Positions 9,745 through 20,300 of a stretch of DNA of 64,000 bases are shown here, piece after piece. The first letter of the stretch is position 1; every line of letters starts with the position of its first letter. A model generated the notes under the pieces. The model had not been told where the DNA came from and made no database searches. It saw only the letters and a program-made list of their open reading frames with translations. The DNA comes from an uncultured Candidatus Binatia bacterium (GTDB lineage: Bacteria; Desulfobacterota; Binatia; UBA9968; JAJDTQ01). The stretch spans positions 1,856,001-1,920,000 of the forward strand of contig OZ219754.1 in assembly GCA_964291295.2 (NCBI GenBank), read 5' to 3'. The position numbers and the translations under genes were made by a program.

Positions 9745-10617
9745 TCAGCGGCCCGGCGCGTCCACGGCATCGACCCGCTCGATGAGCACTTCGGTCGCCA
9801 GCGTCGAATCCGCGTTGCTCCGGAAGATGCCCCGGGTCGGCGGGATGTCGGCATAGTCCCTGCCGACGGCGACGCGAACGTGGCGTTCGTTCCCTTCGGT
9901 GTCGTTGGTCGGATCGAAGCCGGTCCAGTCGATGCCGGGTAGCCAGCATTCGACCCACGCGTGACTCTCGCACCGGGTGACTCCGCCCGCCAGCGGTCCC
10001 AGGTAGCCCGACACGTAACGGCAGGGGATCCCCCATCCCCGCAGAATCGCGATCATGACGTGGGCGTAGTCCTGGCACACGCCGCGGCCGGTCTCGAGAA
10101 TCCGGTCGATGGGTGAATCGACCCGGGTTTCGCCGGGAGCGTGTTCCAGCACACGGTGAAGCCTGGCGCAAAGTTCCCGGGTGCTCACCAGCGGGTCGTC
10201 ACCCGGTGCGATGTCGTGCTTTTCCTTGAACTCGTCCAGAGCCGGGCTCCAGGCGACGAAATGGCTGGGGTGAACCATCGGCCAAAGCTCGAGGGACTCG
10301 CCGGCGCGCGCAAGCGCCTCCCACGCCCCGGGGTCCAGCCGCTCCGGCGTCGGCGCCAGGGGCCCCACCTCCACGACGGAACGGGTTTCGATGGACAGCC
10401 GCTCGTGGTTGCTGGGGCGGTCCAGGAAATGGCCGGTGTTGCCGAAGGAGTCGATGAACTCGAACAGGGAACCGTCCGGATCGGTGTGAATGGAGAACTC
10501 CCGAAGCAGCTGCACGCGGTCCCGCAGCGGACAGACGTACAGGGTCATCACCGAATCGTGCGCCGGTTCGGCGTATTCGAAACGCATGTGATGCGTGATG
10601 TGCCAGGTGACAATCAC
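9745..10617 (-). CDS. Transglutaminase-like protein (Bact_transglu_N + core)
   Basis: GVCQDYAH, RYVSGYL, SHAWVE, GFDPTN, VAVGRDYAD; GTG start overlaps the upstream TGA (GTGA). Confidence 0.92.
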   Translation of the reverse strand: MIVTWHITHHMRFEYAEPAHDSVMTLYVCPLRDRVQLLREFSIHTDPDGSLFEFIDSFGNTGHFLDRPSNHERLSIETRSVVEVGPLAPTPERLDPGAWEALARAGESLELWPMVHPSHFVAWSPALDEFKEKHDIAPGDDPLVSTRELCARLHRVLEHAPGETRVDSPIDRILETGRGVCQDYAHVMIAILRGWGIPCRYVSGYLGPLAGGVTRCESHAWVECWLPGIDWTGFDPTNDTEGNERHVRVAVGRDYADIPPTRGIFRSNADSTLATEVLIERVDAVDAPGR

Positions 10618-11591
10618 GTCGCGAGCCCCTGGTGCGGAGAATGCGTGACATAGGCGGCCATGGTGAGGTGGTGAATCGTGCGGGTGGCCTCTTCCAGTGA
10701 ACGGAAGAAGCGGCCCGCGTCCGTCTCTTCCGAGTTTCCGCCGGGCTCCATCTCGACGGCCGCGGTCAGGCGCAACGCCATCCGATGGGGCGGTGCCAGC
10801 GGGTAGCGTGCTCCCACCGGATCGATGCCCCCCAGCAACTCGTCGATGCGCTGGACCGAGAAGCGCAACGAGCGCGGAAGCTCGGGATCCCGGGTGAGCA
10901 GATTGAGGGTTTCCCTCCGGTCGACGTTCGTCGAGTGGCGCCGGCAATACACCTCGTAGGCGCCGCACACGCGCAACAGGTCGGTCCAGGACAACGCGTT
11001 GGCGGCGTGCTCCTCGTGGCTGAATTCCACCCAGGAGGCGAGCAACACCGTCTGATGCTGCACCCGCTCGGTGAACCGGCCGAGCTCAAGGAAACGCCAG
11101 GCCTCGTCCCGAGGCATCACCGCATCGACGACGCCGGCAAACAGCCGCAGGCGGTCGATGGTCTCGTTCACCAGGGCGGCCGGCGCCTCCGACCACGACG
11201 CGCTGAAATCGCAGTCCCGGATCCAGAGGTAACCCTGGTTGAGGCAGGTCCACACCGGCAACGGCAACTGCGCCCGCACCCGTTGGCCGTTCTCCCGTCC
11301 GTGCGTCCAGCAGGCGATCAGGGAGTCCGGATTCGCCTGCTCTTCGACGAGATTGCCGGCAAGGGTGTAGGCATCGGGAATCACGACGGTCTCGGCCTCG
11401 TCGCCGCTCGCGGTCCTGCCCACCGGGGGCTGTCCGAGGATGCGGTACACGGCCTGCCAGCCCAGGGTCAACTCGTCCGCCGGCCGGTCGGCAAGCCGGT
11501 CGAGCTGGAACCGCAGCAGTCGCGCGGTGTGCTCGATGCGTTCGACGTGGCGGCCCAGCCAGTAGAACTCGGCGGCTAACCGTGCCAGCAT
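10614..11591 (-). CDS. Alpha-E domain protein (DUF403)
   Basis: MLARLAAEFYWLGRHVERIEHTAR, FLELGRFTER, LPRSL; operon context. Confidence 0.92.
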   Translation of the reverse strand: MLARLAAEFYWLGRHVERIEHTARLLRFQLDRLADRPADELTLGWQAVYRILGQPPVGRTASGDEAETVVIPDAYTLAGNLVEEQANPDSLIACWTHGRENGQRVRAQLPLPVWTCLNQGYLWIRDCDFSASWSEAPAALVNETIDRLRLFAGVVDAVMPRDEAWRFLELGRFTERVQHQTVLLASWVEFSHEEHAANALSWTDLLRVCGAYEVYCRRHSTNVDRRETLNLLTRDPELPRSLRFSVQRIDELLGGIDPVGARYPLAPPHRMALRLTAAVEMEPGGNSEETDAGRFFRSLEEATRTIHHLTMAAYVTHSPHQGLAT

Positions 11592-11601
11592 GATCCGGAC
11601 C

Positions 11602-13062
11602 TCAACCCTCGAGTATCCACAAGTCCTTGCAACCGCCGCCCTGGCTGGAATTGACCACCAGGCTGCCGCGGCGGAGCGCGACCCGGCACAGACCGCCCGG
11701 AACCACGTGCTGCTCGTCGCGTCCCTGCAGCACGAAGGGACGAAGGTCGACGTGGCGCGGCTCCACGGCGCCGTCTATCAGACACGGGGCGCGGGACAGG
11801 GCCAGCACGGGCTGGGAAATGAAGTTCGTCGGATCGGCGCGCAGTCGCTCGGCGTAGGTCGAGCGCTCTTCGGCGGACGCGTGGGGACCCACCAGCATCC
11901 CGTAGCCGCCCGCTCCGCCCACCTCCTTGACCACCAGCTCGTCGATGTGTTCGAGGGTGTAGGCCAAGCCGTCGGGCTCCCGGCAGAGATGCGTCTCGAC
12001 GTTGGCCAGTATCGGTTCTTCACCGAGAAAATAGCGGATGATGCGCGGCACGTAAGAGTAGAGGCTCTTGTCGTCGGCCACTCCCGTGCCGGGCGCGTTG
12101 GCCAGCACGAGGTTGCCCGCCCGGTACGCGTGGAAAAGTCCGGCCGCGCCGAGGACCGATTCGCTCCGGAACAGGAGCGGATCGAGGTAGTCCTCGTCGA
12201 TGCGCCGGTAGAGCACGTCGACCCGGCGCAGGCCGGCGGTGGTGCGCATGTGCAGCGCGGCGTCCTGCATGACCAGATCCTGCCCCTCCACCAGGTCGAT
12301 ACCCATCTCGCCGGCGAGAAAGGCGTGCTCGTAGTAGGCGGCGTTGTGCATGCCGGGGGTCAGTATGGCCACGTGCGGGTTCTGGAGAGAGGGGCGCAGG
12401 GAGGCGAGGGTGGCGTAGAGGCGCTCGGCGTAGTCCGCCACTTCGCGTACACGGCAGGCCCGGTAAAGCCTCGGAAAAGCATCCTTGATGGCGTTCCGGC
12501 AGGCAAGCATGTAGGAGACGCCCGACGGAACCCGAAGATTGTCCTCGAGGACGGCGAACCCGTCGCCGCTCCGCACCACGTCGGTGCCGCACACCGACAC
12601 GTAGACGTCGTAAGGGACCCTGACACCCCGCATCTCCATGCGGTACTGCGGGCAGCCGAGTACCAGGTCGATGGGGACCACCTTGTCCCGCAGGCACCGG
12701 CCCTCGTGGTAAACGTCCTTGAGGAAGAGGTTGAGCGCGGCCAGGCGTTGCTTGAGGCCGCGTTCGATGTGTTCCCACTCGGCCGCGCTCAGGATCCTGG
12801 GCACGCAGTCGATGGGAATGATCTGCTCGGAGGCCTTGTCGGCATCCAGGACCGTAAAGGTGATGCCTTCGTACAGGAAGTGTCGATGGACGCCGTCCTG
12901 AAGCTTGCCCAGATCCTCGGGCGCGAACGCCGTCAGAGCCGCGTGGAGGCGTTTGCAGGCGTCCCGGGGCTTCCCGTCGGCGCCGAACATCTCATCGTGG
13001 AAGTTCGGAACCAGTTCGTAGCCTGCAAAGACTCCGGCTTCCTCGGCGTGACGTCGGGGCAC
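11602..13062 (-). CDS. Circularly permuted ATP-grasp peptide ligase (DUF404/407)
   Basis: VLEDNLRVPSGVSY, YRRIDEDYLDPL, NAPGTGVADDK, GGYGML, VVNSSQGGGCKD; GTG start at 13062 with GGAGG. Confidence 0.93.
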   Translation of the reverse strand: MPRRHAEEAGVFAGYELVPNFHDEMFGADGKPRDACKRLHAALTAFAPEDLGKLQDGVHRHFLYEGITFTVLDADKASEQIIPIDCVPRILSAAEWEHIERGLKQRLAALNLFLKDVYHEGRCLRDKVVPIDLVLGCPQYRMEMRGVRVPYDVYVSVCGTDVVRSGDGFAVLEDNLRVPSGVSYMLACRNAIKDAFPRLYRACRVREVADYAERLYATLASLRPSLQNPHVAILTPGMHNAAYYEHAFLAGEMGIDLVEGQDLVMQDAALHMRTTAGLRRVDVLYRRIDEDYLDPLLFRSESVLGAAGLFHAYRAGNLVLANAPGTGVADDKSLYSYVPRIIRYFLGEEPILANVETHLCREPDGLAYTLEHIDELVVKEVGGAGGYGMLVGPHASAEERSTYAERLRADPTNFISQPVLALSRAPCLIDGAVEPRHVDLRPFVLQGRDEQHVVPGGLCRVALRRGSLVVNSSQGGGCKDLWILEG

Positions 13063-13088
13063 TCCACCTCCGGCCCTCGGGGGCGTGA

Positions 13089-13164
<76 letters not shown>

Positions 13165-13275
13165 ACGTGGAATCGAAGCGGCTGCAGTCCGGCGAAGCGT
13201 CCGCAACCGGTTTGTTCGACCAGCAAGCATACCGGATCGACCGGCCTGATGGCAAGGCCCGGGAGCCGGTCCGGT

Positions 13276-14991
13276 TCACCGGACCGGCTCCCGACGCCCG
13301 TGGGCCTTCAGCATTTCCGCCGCATGGCGTTCCGCCTGAGGGGTGATCTCGGCACCTCCCAGCATGCGCGCCAGCTCCCGCACCCGCTCGGTCGGGTGGA
13401 GCCTCCGGACCGTCGTGCAGGTCCTGCCGTCCATCACCTGTTTCTCCACCACGTAGTGGGACTCCGCCAGTGCGGCGATGGGGGCCAGATGGGTGACACA
13501 GATGACCTGATGGGACTCCGCCACCCCGGCCAGCTTTCTGCCGACCCTTTCGGCCACCCTGCCGCCGATGCCGGCATCCACCTCGTCGAACAGCAGGGTC
13601 GGGATCTCGCCCTGCGCCAGCACCAGCGACTTGAGGGCGAGCATGAGGCGCGACAGCTCGCCGCCGGAAGCGATCCGGGCCAGCGGTCGGACGGACTCGC
13701 CGGGGTTCGGCGAGAAGTAGAACTCCGGGTCGTCGATACCGTCGTCCCCGATCCTGGCGCCGTCCATGGCCAACGGCGGGTCGTCCGAGGCTGCGCCGCG
13801 GTCGTGGAACCGGACCTCGAAGGTCGTCTGCGGGAGACCGAGTTGGCTCACCTCCCGCTCCATCCGGGCGGCAAGGTTCCGGGCGGCTTCCCGCCGCGCC
13901 CGGGACAGTGCCGCGGCCGTTTCCCGCGCCGCCTCCCGCGCGGCCTCGAACCGCCGGGTCAGGACGGCGAGATCCTCCTCGCCGGATTCGAGCGCGGCGA
14001 GTTCTTCCCGCGCCTCATCCGCAAGCGCCAGGATATCCTCCACCGAGGCGCGGTACTTCCGTTTCAGCCGCTGGAGTTCCGCGAGGCGATCTTCGATCCG
14101 TTCCAGTTCACCCGGGTCGAAGGACAGCCGCTCCGCGTAACGGCGCATCCGGGCGCTGGCCTCGTCCAGTTGCGCCGCTGCGCCTTCCAGCAGCGTCACC
14201 GTTTCGGCCAGCGTCGGGTCGATCCCGGCCATTTCCCGAAGGCACGGGATGAACCGGCCCAACTCGCCGGCCAGCGCATGGTCGCCCGCGTAGAGCAGCA
14301 ACTCGCCCTGCCTGCAGGTCTGGTAGAGCTTCTCGGCATGGGCGATGGTCTCCCGGCGTTGCCGCAGCGTCTCCTCTTCTCCGCGTTCGAGTCCCGCCGC
14401 TTCGATCTCCTTCACCTGCGCCCGCAGGAAGGCCTCCTGCCGGGCCTTGCCGGCCAGCGTCTCCTCCATCCCGCACACCTTCTTCCACGCCGCCGCCAAC
14501 GCCCGGAACCGCTCCTTCATGAAGGCGGCATCGGCTTCCAGTCCGGCATGGGCGTCCAGCAGGGCGAGATGCGTCTCCGTGCGGCGCAGGGTGTGCTGCT
14601 CATGTTGGCCGTAAATGTGAACAAGGCCCGCGCCGATGCGGGCGAGGAGGGACAGCGGGCCGAGGTTGCCGTTGAGATGGATCCGGTTGCGTCCGCTGCG
14701 GCTGACGGTGCGCTTCAGCACCAGTTCGTCGCCGGCCTCGCAACCGGCGGCGGACAGGGCCTCGCGGGTGGCCGCCGGAAGCTCTGCGAACAGGGCCTCC
14801 ACGGACGCCTCGCCGGCTCCTTCGCGGATCAGATCGGCGGAGCCTCGGGCTCCCAGGAGAAGGCCAAGGGAGGCGAGAAAGAGGGTCTTGCCGGCGCCGG
14901 TCTCGCCGGTAAGGACATTGAGCCCGGCTCCCAATTCCAGTTCGACGTGATCGATGACGGCGATGTTGCTTATCCGGAGATGCTGCAGCAT
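13276..14991 (-). CDS. recN: DNA repair protein RecN
   Basis: LTGETGAGK, IYGQHEQ, ASGGELSR, FDEVDAGIGG, CVTHL. Confidence 0.96.
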   Translation of the reverse strand: MLQHLRISNIAVIDHVELELGAGLNVLTGETGAGKTLFLASLGLLLGARGSADLIREGAGEASVEALFAELPAATREALSAAGCEAGDELVLKRTVSRSGRNRIHLNGNLGPLSLLARIGAGLVHIYGQHEQHTLRRTETHLALLDAHAGLEADAAFMKERFRALAAAWKKVCGMEETLAGKARQEAFLRAQVKEIEAAGLERGEEETLRQRRETIAHAEKLYQTCRQGELLLYAGDHALAGELGRFIPCLREMAGIDPTLAETVTLLEGAAAQLDEASARMRRYAERLSFDPGELERIEDRLAELQRLKRKYRASVEDILALADEAREELAALESGEEDLAVLTRRFEAAREAARETAAALSRARREAARNLAARMEREVSQLGLPQTTFEVRFHDRGAASDDPPLAMDGARIGDDGIDDPEFYFSPNPGESVRPLARIASGGELSRLMLALKSLVLAQGEIPTLLFDEVDAGIGGRVAERVGRKLAGVAESHQVICVTHLAPIAALAESHYVVEKQVMDGRTCTTVRRLHPTERVRELARMLGGAEITPQAERHAAEMLKAHGRREPVR

Positions 14992-15064
14992 GGGACGACC
15001 CTTCGCGTGACCGGCGTGGAGGGCGGGTGCGACCATCGGACGCGGTCGGGTTCGAGATCCGCTC

Positions 15065-15916
15065 CTACCGTTCACCCCACTTGAGCTTGCCGCGAAGCAC
15101 GTCGAAGTAGGATCGGGTCGGTACCCGCACCAGGGACACCGGCGACTTGTGGCGGCGCACCTCCACGCGGTCGCCGTCATGAAGCAGAATCCCCTCCTGG
15201 CCGTCCGGAATCAGCACCACCGTGTCTCCGGCGGACTTCAGGGTCGACCGGACCCTGGCGTCGCTGGCGATGACGATGGGTCGATTGGTGGTGAGGGTGT
15301 GGGGGCAGATGGGGCAAAGGATGATGGCGCCCATGGCCGGATGGACAATCGGACCGCCGGCCGCGAGCGAGTACGCCGTCGAGCCCGTGGGCGTGGAAAT
15401 GATCAGTCCGTCGGACCGGTACGTGCACAGGTAGTCGCTGCCCACATAGGTCTCGAGGTCGATGATCTTGGAGCGAGCGCCCTTGGTGATGACCGCGTCG
15501 TTGAGTATTCGCATGCTCCGGACGCCGTCCTTGCCGAAGATGCTCACGCTCAGGGTCATGCGTTTCTCGATGGTGTAGTTCTCCGAAATCGTGCTGGACA
15601 GCACCTCCTCGAGTTCGTCCACGGCGATCTCGGTGATGAAGCCCAGGCCGCCGAGGTTCACGCCCACGACAGGCACCTCGGGTCGTTCGACGAGTCGGGC
15701 GATGCTCAGGAGCGTGCCGTCGCCGCCCAGTACGATGATCAGGTCGGCCCGTTCGGCCATCTCCGCCTTCAGGGCGACCCGGCCCCCGGCGGCGCCGAAC
15801 CGGGCCTCCACCAGCACCTCCATGCCGCGGCTCTCGAGCCACGGTATGGTGCGCCTCATGAGCGTCTCGGCCTTCTCCTCACCGTACTTCGCGACGATTC
15901 CGACGACCTGGATCAT
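15065..15916 (-). CDS. nadK: NAD kinase
   Basis: LGGDGTLL, GVNLGGLGF, LND, DGLIISTPTGSTAYSLAAGGP; directly upstream of recN. Confidence 0.95.
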   Translation of the reverse strand: MIQVVGIVAKYGEEKAETLMRRTIPWLESRGMEVLVEARFGAAGGRVALKAEMAERADLIIVLGGDGTLLSIARLVERPEVPVVGVNLGGLGFITEIAVDELEEVLSSTISENYTIEKRMTLSVSIFGKDGVRSMRILNDAVITKGARSKIIDLETYVGSDYLCTYRSDGLIISTPTGSTAYSLAAGGPIVHPAMGAIILCPICPHTLTTNRPIVIASDARVRSTLKSAGDTVVLIPDGQEGILLHDGDRVEVRRHKSPVSLVRVPTRSYFDVLRGKLKWGER

Positions 15917-16052
15917 GTCCCTGCCGGAGACGTACCACAGGGTGTGCACGGATGCCATCCGGAGCGGGACGGCTCCTCCGGCCGTGAATGCCCGCGGGCG
16001 GCGGACGGAATTCCGGCGGATCCGGCCCCGGCCCGGGTACGCACGGACCCCT

Positions 16053-18269
16053 TCACGTCTTCCGCAGGACGTCGAACACCTTTTCCGCGGTGAGGGGAAG
16101 GTCGCGGATGCGCACGCCCACCGCATCCTCCAGGGCGTTGGCGATGGCCGGCGCGGTGGGCACGATGCTGTTCTCCCCGATGGACTTGGCGTTGTACGGC
16201 CCGGGGCCGGTCTGGTCCTCCACGAGCACGGTCTCGAGGGGCGGAAGATCCTTGACGCAAGGGATGCAGTAGTCGCCGAGGTTGAGGGTGGTGACCCGGG
16301 GGCCGTCCTTGACCATCTCCTCCATGACCGCGTAGCCCAGGCCCTGCACGAAGCCGCCGTCGATCTGTCCCTGGTGCGTCACCGGGTTGATGATGGTGCC
16401 GACGTCGTGGGCGGTGACGACTTTCCTGACCTCCACCGCGCCGGTTTCCCGATCCACCGCCACCTCCGCCACCTGGACGAAGAATCCCGGCACCGGGGAT
16501 CGCCGGGGCTGGTACGCCTTGCGCACCGAAAGGGTCTTCTCTTCGGCGATGAGCCTGCCGGCCACGTCGGCGAACGCCAGCGCCGCGCCGCCGCCGCGGA
16601 AGCGGCCCTCCGCAAGGGTCACTGCCGCCGCCTCGCAGCCAAGCGCCTCGGCGGCCGCCCCGGTCATTCGACGGCGCAGTTCCTCCACGGCTTCCACCAG
16701 GCCGCGCCCCACCATGGCGGTGATCTTGCTGCCGCCGGGCTCGGCGTCGGTATCGAAGGTATCGGTGTCGCCGCGGATCACCCGGACGCTTTCGGCGGGC
16801 AGGGTCAGCATCTCCGCGGTGATCTGCCGGAGCAGCGTGTGGGTGCCGGTGCCGATGTCGGGAATCGCGGTGAGCACCGTGACTTCGCCGCCGGCGTCGC
16901 ACGAGACCTCGAGGTTGACGGTGCCGCTGCCCCCGGTGTGCCGGAAGCCCAGCGCCATGCCCCGGCCGGTGTCGCGGCCGGGGCTCTCTTCACGCCAGCC
17001 GCCCGCCTTCAGGGCGGCGTCGATGGTCTCCCGGCACCGGACCTTTTCCATGGCCCGCCCGTTGGGCAGGACGTCGCCGTCCTCCAGCAGATTCTTGAGC
17101 CGTACCGCCACCGGATCGAGGCCGAGCTTCCGGGCCAGCATGTCCAGCAGGGACTCGATGGCGAAGACCGCCTGTGGCTGGCCCGGCGACTTCATGTAGC
17201 CCCCCGGGACGCCGTTGGTGTAGACGTTGTACGTCCGTATGGCGTAGTGGGGGATCCGGTAGGCGTTGGTGACGTACGAACCGTCGATTTCCGACGGCTT
17301 GAAGCCCGAATAGGCGCCGCTGTCGAAGTAGATGTCGGTGTCCAGCGCCGTCAGGGTTCCGTCCTTCCGGGCGCCGAGCTTGAGCCGCATGACCGCCGGG
17401 TGCCGGGGGTCGCCGGCCATCAGCTCCTCCGTGTAGTCCATCACCATCTTCACCGGCCGTCCCGCGGCCCTGGAAAGGTAGTAGCAGACCGGCACGTCCA
17501 TCTGGGAACCCTTGCCCCCGAAGTCGCCGCCCAGCGCGACGCCGTGTATGCGGATGCCCTCTTCATCGAGTCCCAGTTGCGCCGCCAGCATCTTCTTGAG
17601 CCGGAAGGGCGCCTTGCACGACGCCCACACGTCCACGCGCCGCCCGTCGTTGGCCGCCACCACCGCGGCGTGCGGCTCCAGGTAGACCTGGTGCACCTGC
17701 GGCGTACGGAAGGTGTCCTCGACGACGACGTCGGCCGCCGCGAAACCCTGTTCCACGTCACCGGCGCCGTGCTCCTTGAGGGACAGGACGTTGGGTTGGC
17801 GGCGGGGGCGTCCGGGCACGCCGGCATAGCTGTCCAGTTCCTCGTGAATCACCGGAGCGCCGTCGGCCAGGGCCTCGGAGATATCCGCCACTGCGGGCTG
17901 TTCGTCGTACGCCACGTCGATGAGCGACAACGCCTGCTCGGCCGCGTCCGGCGTGTCCGCGGCCACGGCGGCGATCTTGTCGCCGATGAACCGCACCTTG
18001 TCCCGGGCCAGCACCGGCAAATCCTGAAGACGGACGCCCACGCGCAGGTCCGGCACGTCCGCCCCGGTGAGCACCGCGCGGACTCCGGGCACCTGCCGTG
18101 CCCGCGACGCGTCCACGCGCACCAGCCGGGCATGCGGCACGGTGCTGCGCAGGCACTTGCCCCAGAGCGCCCCGGAGACGTCCACGTCGGCGGTATAGAC
18201 CATCCTGCCCGAGACCTTGTCCGGTCCCTCCACGCGCCCGATCGGCTGCCCTACGATCTTGAGTTCCAT
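16053..18269 (-). CDS. Xanthine dehydrogenase family molybdopterin-binding large subunit
   Basis: LRSTVPHA, QVYLEPH, GGDFGGK, GQIDGGFVQGLG, AKSIGE. Confidence 0.9.
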   Translation of the reverse strand: MELKIVGQPIGRVEGPDKVSGRMVYTADVDVSGALWGKCLRSTVPHARLVRVDASRARQVPGVRAVLTGADVPDLRVGVRLQDLPVLARDKVRFIGDKIAAVAADTPDAAEQALSLIDVAYDEQPAVADISEALADGAPVIHEELDSYAGVPGRPRRQPNVLSLKEHGAGDVEQGFAAADVVVEDTFRTPQVHQVYLEPHAAVVAANDGRRVDVWASCKAPFRLKKMLAAQLGLDEEGIRIHGVALGGDFGGKGSQMDVPVCYYLSRAAGRPVKMVMDYTEELMAGDPRHPAVMRLKLGARKDGTLTALDTDIYFDSGAYSGFKPSEIDGSYVTNAYRIPHYAIRTYNVYTNGVPGGYMKSPGQPQAVFAIESLLDMLARKLGLDPVAVRLKNLLEDGDVLPNGRAMEKVRCRETIDAALKAGGWREESPGRDTGRGMALGFRHTGGSGTVNLEVSCDAGGEVTVLTAIPDIGTGTHTLLRQITAEMLTLPAESVRVIRGDTDTFDTDAEPGGSKITAMVGRGLVEAVEELRRRMTGAAAEALGCEAAAVTLAEGRFRGGGAALAFADVAGRLIAEEKTLSVRKAYQPRRSPVPGFFVQVAEVAVDRETGAVEVRKVVTAHDVGTIINPVTHQGQIDGGFVQGLGYAVMEEMVKDGPRVTTLNLGDYCIPCVKDLPPLETVLVEDQTGPGPYNAKSIGENSIVPTAPAIANALEDAVGVRIRDLPLTAEKVFDVLRKT

Positions 18270-18399
18270 GGTGGCTCCTGTCTGTTCGCCGCTGTCCGGC
18301 AAGTCACTGTGCCGGCAAGTCTGGACGATTGGCGCGCGGAGGGCAATGAGGCCCGGGAGCGTCATGGCTCCGGACTCCGTCGCGCGCTGGTTGAAGCTG

Positions 18400-18428
18400 T
18401 TGCACAACCCGGCCCGTTTCAATATTGT
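18400..18428 (+). promoter_or_regulatory. Putative sigma70 promoter for the amidohydrolase-hemH unit
   Basis: TTGCAC-N17-TATTGT in a divergent intergenic region. Confidence 0.5.
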
Positions 18429-18549
18429 TGCCCGGAGCGAGCGGCGAGCTGCCGGAGCGCCGGTTTTCCCGCGCTGTCCACGCATCGCGACGAAGAGAGA
18501 CCTCGCCGCGGAAGGCCCGGCATCGAAGGCCCGGCATGGAGGGCTCGGC

Positions 18550-20250
18550 ATGGAATATGATCTGCTGATACGCGGCGGCCGCGTGGCCGACGGTTCCGGA
18601 CTGCCGTCCCACACGGCGGATGTGGGTGTGAAGGACGGCAGGATCGTCGAGGTGGGACGTCTCAAGGGTTCGGCGAACCGGACCATCGACGCCGCCGGTC
18701 TGGTGGTCTCCCCGGGTTTCATCGACCACCACACCCATATGGATGCCCAGATCCTCTGGGACCCCTACGGCACCTGCGAGCCGCAGCACGGCATCACTTC
18801 CATCGTCATGGGAAACTGCGGCCTGACCCTTGCACCCGTGGACGACGGCGGCGAGGACGCCCTGGTCAAGAGCTTCGTGCGTGTGGAGGCGATTCCCCGC
18901 TTCGCCCTGGAGAAGGGCGTGGACTGGCGCTGGCACAGCTACGGCGAGTATCTCGATGCGCTGGAAGGCAGGCTCGGCATCAACGCCGGCGGCCTGGTGG
19001 GCCACATTGCCGTGCGCCAGAATGTCATGGGCGAGGAATCGGTGGAGCGCAAGGCCACGGCCTCGGAGATCGAGAAGATGAAGGGCCTGGTGCACGACGC
19101 CATGGCGGCCGGCGCCCTGGGCTTCTCCACCAATCGCAACGAGCGGCACATGCGCGAGGACGGCAAGCCCGTGGCCAGCCGCCTGGCGGACGACGACGAG
19201 CTCTACGCATTGTGCGACGTGCTCGGCGAGCTCAACAGCGGCGTCATCGAGACCATCCTGGGGCGCAACCGGATGGAGCATTTCGACGCCTATCACGACT
19301 TGGCCAGCCGCACGCAACGGCCGATCATCTGGCAGAGCGTGCATCACCGCTGGGCCGAGCCCACCCTCTGGCAGCGGCAGCTGGAGGCGGTCTCGCGGAT
19401 CTTCCGCGACGGCTACCGCGCCTACGGTCTCACCCAGACGGTCCCCCTGGTGCGGCATTTCAATCTGCGGAACGCCCAGCTCTTCGACGAGTTCCCCACC
19501 TGGAAGAACGTCATGTTCCTGCCCCTGGAGGTGCGCCGGCAGGCCTTTGCCGACCCGGCCACGCGCGCGCAGCTGCGCGCGGACCTGGCCACCGGGCGCA
19601 TGACCAACTTCCACAAGCGCTGGGACATCGTGCAGGTGGAAAAGGTCGTCAAGGAAGAGAACCGGCGCTACCAGGGCAAGAGTGTGGCGGAGATGGCGGC
19701 CATGCGGAATCAGGAACCGGTGGACGCGCTGCTGGACCTGTCCCTGGACGAGGATCTTCAGACCACCTTCCAGAACGCCAACACGGGCGGCGACCCCGAG
19801 GCCATGAGCGAGATCCTGCGCAGCCCCCATGTCCTGGTGGGCACCTCGGACGCCGGCGCGCACGTGTTGTACGGCGCCGACTTCGGCTACGGCACGACGC
19901 TGCTGGGTCTCTGGGTCCGCGAGCGGGGACTCATGACGCTGGAAGAGGCGGTGCACAAGCTCACCTTCCACGTGGCCTCGGTCTACGGCCTGGAGGGCAG
20001 GGGACTGGTTCGGCCCGGGTATGCCGCCGACCTGACGCTGTTCGATCCCGAAACGGTACGGGCGCACGAGCCCGAGTGGGCGGAGGACTATCCGGCCGGC
20101 ACCCGACGCCTGATCCAGCGCTCCGACGGCATTCACTGCACCATCGTGAACGGCGGCGTGATCTGCCAGGACGGCCGCTTGAGCGGAGAACTGCCGGGTC
20201 AGGTCCTGCGCGGCTCCGCCTGTGCCTCCACCCGCGCGGCGTCGGCCTGA
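18550..20250 (+). CDS. N-acyl-D-amino-acid deacylase family amidohydrolase
   Basis: PGFIDHHTHMD, MGNCG, SDAGAH, RGLVRPGYAADL. Confidence 0.9.
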   Translation: MEYDLLIRGGRVADGSGLPSHTADVGVKDGRIVEVGRLKGSANRTIDAAGLVVSPGFIDHHTHMDAQILWDPYGTCEPQHGITSIVMGNCGLTLAPVDDGGEDALVKSFVRVEAIPRFALEKGVDWRWHSYGEYLDALEGRLGINAGGLVGHIAVRQNVMGEESVERKATASEIEKMKGLVHDAMAAGALGFSTNRNERHMREDGKPVASRLADDDELYALCDVLGELNSGVIETILGRNRMEHFDAYHDLASRTQRPIIWQSVHHRWAEPTLWQRQLEAVSRIFRDGYRAYGLTQTVPLVRHFNLRNAQLFDEFPTWKNVMFLPLEVRRQAFADPATRAQLRADLATGRMTNFHKRWDIVQVEKVVKEENRRYQGKSVAEMAAMRNQEPVDALLDLSLDEDLQTTFQNANTGGDPEAMSEILRSPHVLVGTSDAGAHVLYGADFGYGTTLLGLWVRERGLMTLEEAVHKLTFHVASVYGLEGRGLVRPGYAADLTLFDPETVRAHEPEWAEDYPAGTRRLIQRSDGIHCTIVNGGVICQDGRLSGELPGQVLRGSACASTRAASA

Positions 20251-20300
20251 CAGCGGGGGCGTGTGGGAGTGATCCGCATTCCGGCAGCCCGGACCGCCTC

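Noticed and set aside
19212-20300. Long N-terminal extension on ferrochelatase
   Set aside because: It is an alternative frame overlapping the amidohydrolase; HemH homology starts after 20301.
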